A stretch of DNA of 39,105 nt from Macrostomum lignano (Eukaryota). Of this stretch, positions 39,001 through 39,105 are shown piece by piece (position 1 is the stretch's first letter; the number at the start of each line of letters is the position of its first letter). The stretch spans positions 1-39,105 of the forward strand of contig NIVC01004656.1 in NCBI GenBank assembly GCA_002269645.1. Reading direction: 5' to 3'. Both the position numbers and the translations under genes were made by a program. The notes beneath the pieces are model-generated. The model saw nothing but the letters and a program-made list of their open reading frames with translations. It made no database searches and was not told the origin of the DNA.

Positions 39001-39105
39001 ACCGCGTGTTTTGTGCACACGTGTGTTTGTGCACACGTGTGTTTGTGCACCGTGTGTTTGTGCAACCGTGTGTTTTGCACACCGTGTGTTTGTGCACACC
39101 GTGTG
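36001..39105 (+). repeat. Right diverged zone of the array; indel density rises toward the window end
   Basis: CCGCGTG returns (37286, 37418, 37656, 37673, 38379, 39005), as do CCGTTTG (37338, 37504), TTTGAGCA (38604) and TTTGTACA (38886). Dense 1-2 bp indels occur from about 38,300. Confidence 0.85.

Larger units (their letters stand above)
458..39105 (+). repeat. 17-bp tandem repeat (satellite/minisatellite) array, consensus ACCGTGTGTTTGTGCAY, ~2,270-2,290 copies, open at the right edge
   Basis: The 17-mer is read directly in register throughout. 38,648 bp / 17 is about 2,273, plus a few more because of net deletions. The six-frame translations have a 17-aa period (51 bp = 3 monomers). The first recognisable unit is GTTTGTGCGTACC at 458-470, and the window ends mid-unit (...ACCGTGTG). 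Confidence 0.99.

Noticed and set aside
430-39099. Five ~12,000-12,900-aa ORFs plus the 773-aa and 74-aa ORFs as giant repeat proteins
   Set aside because: They are a direct consequence of a stop-free 17-mer. All frames are open on both strands, indels switch frames freely, and there is no non-repetitive domain.
458-39105. CRISPR array or repeat-spacer system
   Set aside because: Units are contiguous with no unique spacers, and there are no cas-like genes.
458-39105. Fungal RIP as the cause of the CpA->TpA dimorphism
   Set aside because: RIP would hit all CpA/TpG sites. The monomer has several others on both strands that are invariant in the core.
458-39105. G-quadruplex or pUG-fold array
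   Set aside because: The + strand consensus has no GG, the minus strand has only one GG per 17 bp, and UG runs are interrupted after 2-3 repeats.

Overview
About 99% of this window (458-39105) is one head-to-tail tandem array of a 17-bp monomer, ACCGTGTGTTTGTGCAY (Y = C or T). It has roughly 2,270-2,290 copies, all in one orientation, and runs off the right edge mid-unit. The giant ORFs in the track are artefacts: the monomer has no stop codon on either strand, and 3 x 17 bp gives the 17-aa periodicity. The only unique sequence is 1-457. It looks like eukaryotic (probably animal) intron/exon/intron DNA. A GC-richer segment at 176-393 ends in a perfect GTAAGT donor. With one frameshift it encodes a peptide resembling the N-terminal half of an F-type lectin (fucolectin/discoidin-like) domain, so the array may sit inside an intron. 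The array is internally structured: one position is a C/T switch in every unit while the other 16 are almost invariant over about 30 kb. It is layered into diverged and clean domains, and rare variants are shared by the two far ends. Interpretations left open are intronic satellite, telomerase-like product, and partial sequencing or assembly artefact. No rRNA, tRNA, CRISPR, transposase or complete gene is supported. All counts were made by eye and are approximate.
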